Shown here one piece after another: positions 61,701 to 64,000 of a stretch of 64,000 bases of DNA. The first letter of the stretch is position 1, and the number at the start of each line of letters is the position of its first letter. The DNA is from Tubiluchus corallicola. Taxonomy: Eukaryota > Animalia > Priapulida. The notes under the pieces were generated by a model that saw only the letters and a program-made list of their open reading frames with translations, searched no databases and had not been told where the DNA came from. The stretch is taken from NCBI GenBank assembly GCA_030141605.1, contig JAQGDQ010000026.1, forward strand, positions 682,001 through 746,000, in the 5' to 3' direction. The position numbers and the translations under genes were made by a program.

Positions 61701-64000
61701 TCATAAGGTATGAAAATGCCCAGCCTACTTTGTGCCAACAACGTCAAATTTGCCTGGCTAGTTCAGGTGTTGTGAAAAACGAAAACCTGGTATCAGCCCG
61801 GCAGACTGCAGGGCAAAGGTGTTAATTTTACACTTTCTGCACAAACTAAAAAGTGCGCGGTGTTAAGTTTAGTTGAACAGCTTTAGAACTTTCTAGCTTT
61901 CTACAGTGAACATGATAAGCAATATCATTTGGAATTTCTTACCACTACGATACATATCTCCCTCTACCTGCAAAACTGCCGTCGGCGTCCGCTAATTAGG
62001 GGAGGTGGACGTTTCTTTAAGAGCGCACTCTTTTGTGATCATATGTAAACAAAATATGTGATTATATAGGTTTATAGAGGCAAAAATCAGTCGTATCACC
62101 CGTTGGCTTTTTTGTTCATGTTCATAAAAAGCTTGGTTATGAGTTTGCGTATTCTGTCATGATAGTTATAGTTAGGTGTCTGAGAATATGAGTCTTTGCT
62201 TCTTTGTATATGTTTCAGACCGTTTTGTTTTTACTTGGTTAACTTTTGTGACGATGATACCGTTTTTTCGCACATTTACTATCACTGAGACTATACATTT
62301 CCACTTGGCGATACAATCTGTTAAGTAGTACCTGGATTACTAACAAACCAAACTAATCCAGGACCGGCGCGTGTTAATATTTCGACCTAGAAAACACACG
62401 TTACGACGGAAACAGCGCTCTCTTCTGAACTCATTCCGCTGTTGCGTATCTCGAAAGGGATCAATATCAACTCCAAGACAGATTAGAGGAAGACTGTGTA
62501 ATCTACACCAACTGGTTGCACACATCTCTATCTCATTTACCAACATACTTTCACTTTCGGTCAGACAAAGTCAGGGTTGCTCGGGTTTTACTGCAGTCTG
62601 GCCCGTGCTCGCACCCGAAAATAAGTGTGCTAAATTTGTTTAGAAATTCTGAATTTTTTCTTGGGCTGCTTTCATCAGTCGAACATAATGTTTTGTTTTG
62701 AAACGTTGCCCGTCATGCAATTGGCATTACATGTATGTGTATGTATATATCTGTGCATGTATACAGCATTCAAATCAATAATATGCGAGTTTCGTTAACA
62801 ACTTACAGTATAAATTCGGGGAGCTTGTACAAGTTACCAAACATGCACCCAAAATTTCAAACACCTATAAAGCAGGCGTATTGACTTTATAATAAGAATA
62901 ATATCAAGTACTCAGGGCAGTTTAATGAAGCCTTCCTTGTCAACAATTCACAGCGCCAATTCACTAGAGCTAGAAAGTGACACCTGCGTTTTGTGTAAAC
63001 ATACAAGAAATGTCAACACATAAATAGGATACGTAAGCCAAAACATTGAAGGGCTTGGCAGTCATGCATGAGGAAAAACGGCGCGGCTCGTTTGCCACAA
63101 ACAAAGGCAAAATAATTTATTTCTGCTGCAGTCCTCTAGAAGTCCTTGCTGACAACCCTTGTTGCACGTACACCACGATTATACATGTTCCAAAATCCGT
63201 GTCAACTGTAAGTTACCCAATGACAACAGATCTTTTTAATAAGGCCTTTTAAGTGTAAAATGTCGCAGCTAAAGTAGCAATATAACAAATGAACAAACTT
63301 TTTCCTAATTGAATAAGGTTTTTCAAGTACTTGTACTTTGTTACGAAGACCGTTGAAAGCCTGAGTGGCTGAGAGAAAATTGAGGGTTGCTCATTTATAT
63401 ACAGACTATCATAACCTGAAAAAAAACTTTGTCAATTTACATACGCTATTACAGCTTGCTTGTTTTACCAAGAAATCAAATCAAGTAATCGGAAACGCCA
63501 AGTGGCCTCGTCTACCGCAAACGCGGTTTCGTAATTATGAAAGCAGGTAAGCTGGGTATGGCCGTTTCCATTACACGATGAATGTGAATGTACCTCAAGA
63601 TTTGTTGGAATATTTTTTCAGCGGAATCAAGGAACAGCACACAACCTCACACAGATTCACAGATGGCAACCAAACAGCATAAATCATAACAACGGTGAAC
63701 GTAAACATGGCGAAAATATTTAGAACAACAAACGGTGTGCCATTTAATACAGAAATGACTCGCCGAGCATACGTGTGAGAATTATTGAGGACAAACACAA
63801 ACGGGATCACGCCCAAAGACCCCACGCACTCACATATGGTAGTTATAAGCATCGTCTTCTGATATTTTTGCAGAATATTCCCGAAATTCGAACTGAAAGT
63901 CTGGCTTACCAACGCAGATTAAATATGTAAATTCAATAAAAAGGTAAATCATTCTTGTATACGTGCGCACAGGTGAGTGATAAAAGATACAGGTGACACA

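Noticed and set aside
63595-63912. Hydrophobic 105-aa ORF faintly resembling GPCR TM5-TM6 (VVMIYAVWLP)
   Set aside because: It lacks CWxP and NPxxY, the spacing is wrong and the start is non-ATG; probably chance.
52769-64000. CRIM1 signal-peptide/IGFBP exons
   Set aside because: No CGCC-type IGFBP motif or phase-compatible Cys-rich exon was seen; a candidate at about 60050-60117 has stops in all three frames. They probably lie beyond the window.

Overview
AT-rich, intron-containing eukaryotic DNA, most likely from an invertebrate bilaterian (inferred from gene structure and repeat content). It is not prokaryotic and has no CRISPR, rRNA or intact tRNA. The main feature is a minus-strand CRIM1 (cysteine-rich motor neuron 1 / Crimpy-like) gene. 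I could join 13 coding exons (52768 down to 28584) by hand into one open frame of about 824 aa: Cys-rich repeats, VWC x2, antistasin x4, VWC x4, stalk, TM and cytoplasmic tail. Three of these exons are missing from the ORF track. The signal-peptide/IGFBP exons were not found and probably lie beyond the right edge. Downstream on the same strand is an unidentified gene with one large Ser/Pro/Glu-rich exon (ATG at 23212) and a uORF-rich leader. The rest is non-coding DNA with transposon relics: three LINE fragments, an Academ-like XPG relic inside long inverted repeats, and hAT-, Tc1/mariner- and Harbinger-like non-autonomous elements. It also holds long (AG)n tracts, a degenerate minisatellite and a perfect 68-bp palindrome. 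I found no convincing new biological system. The best leads are the unknown 574-aa-ORF gene, a LINE inserted in a GA microsatellite, a Pumilio-element-rich putative CRIM1 3' UTR and a dense K50-homeodomain site cluster in a CRIM1 intron.
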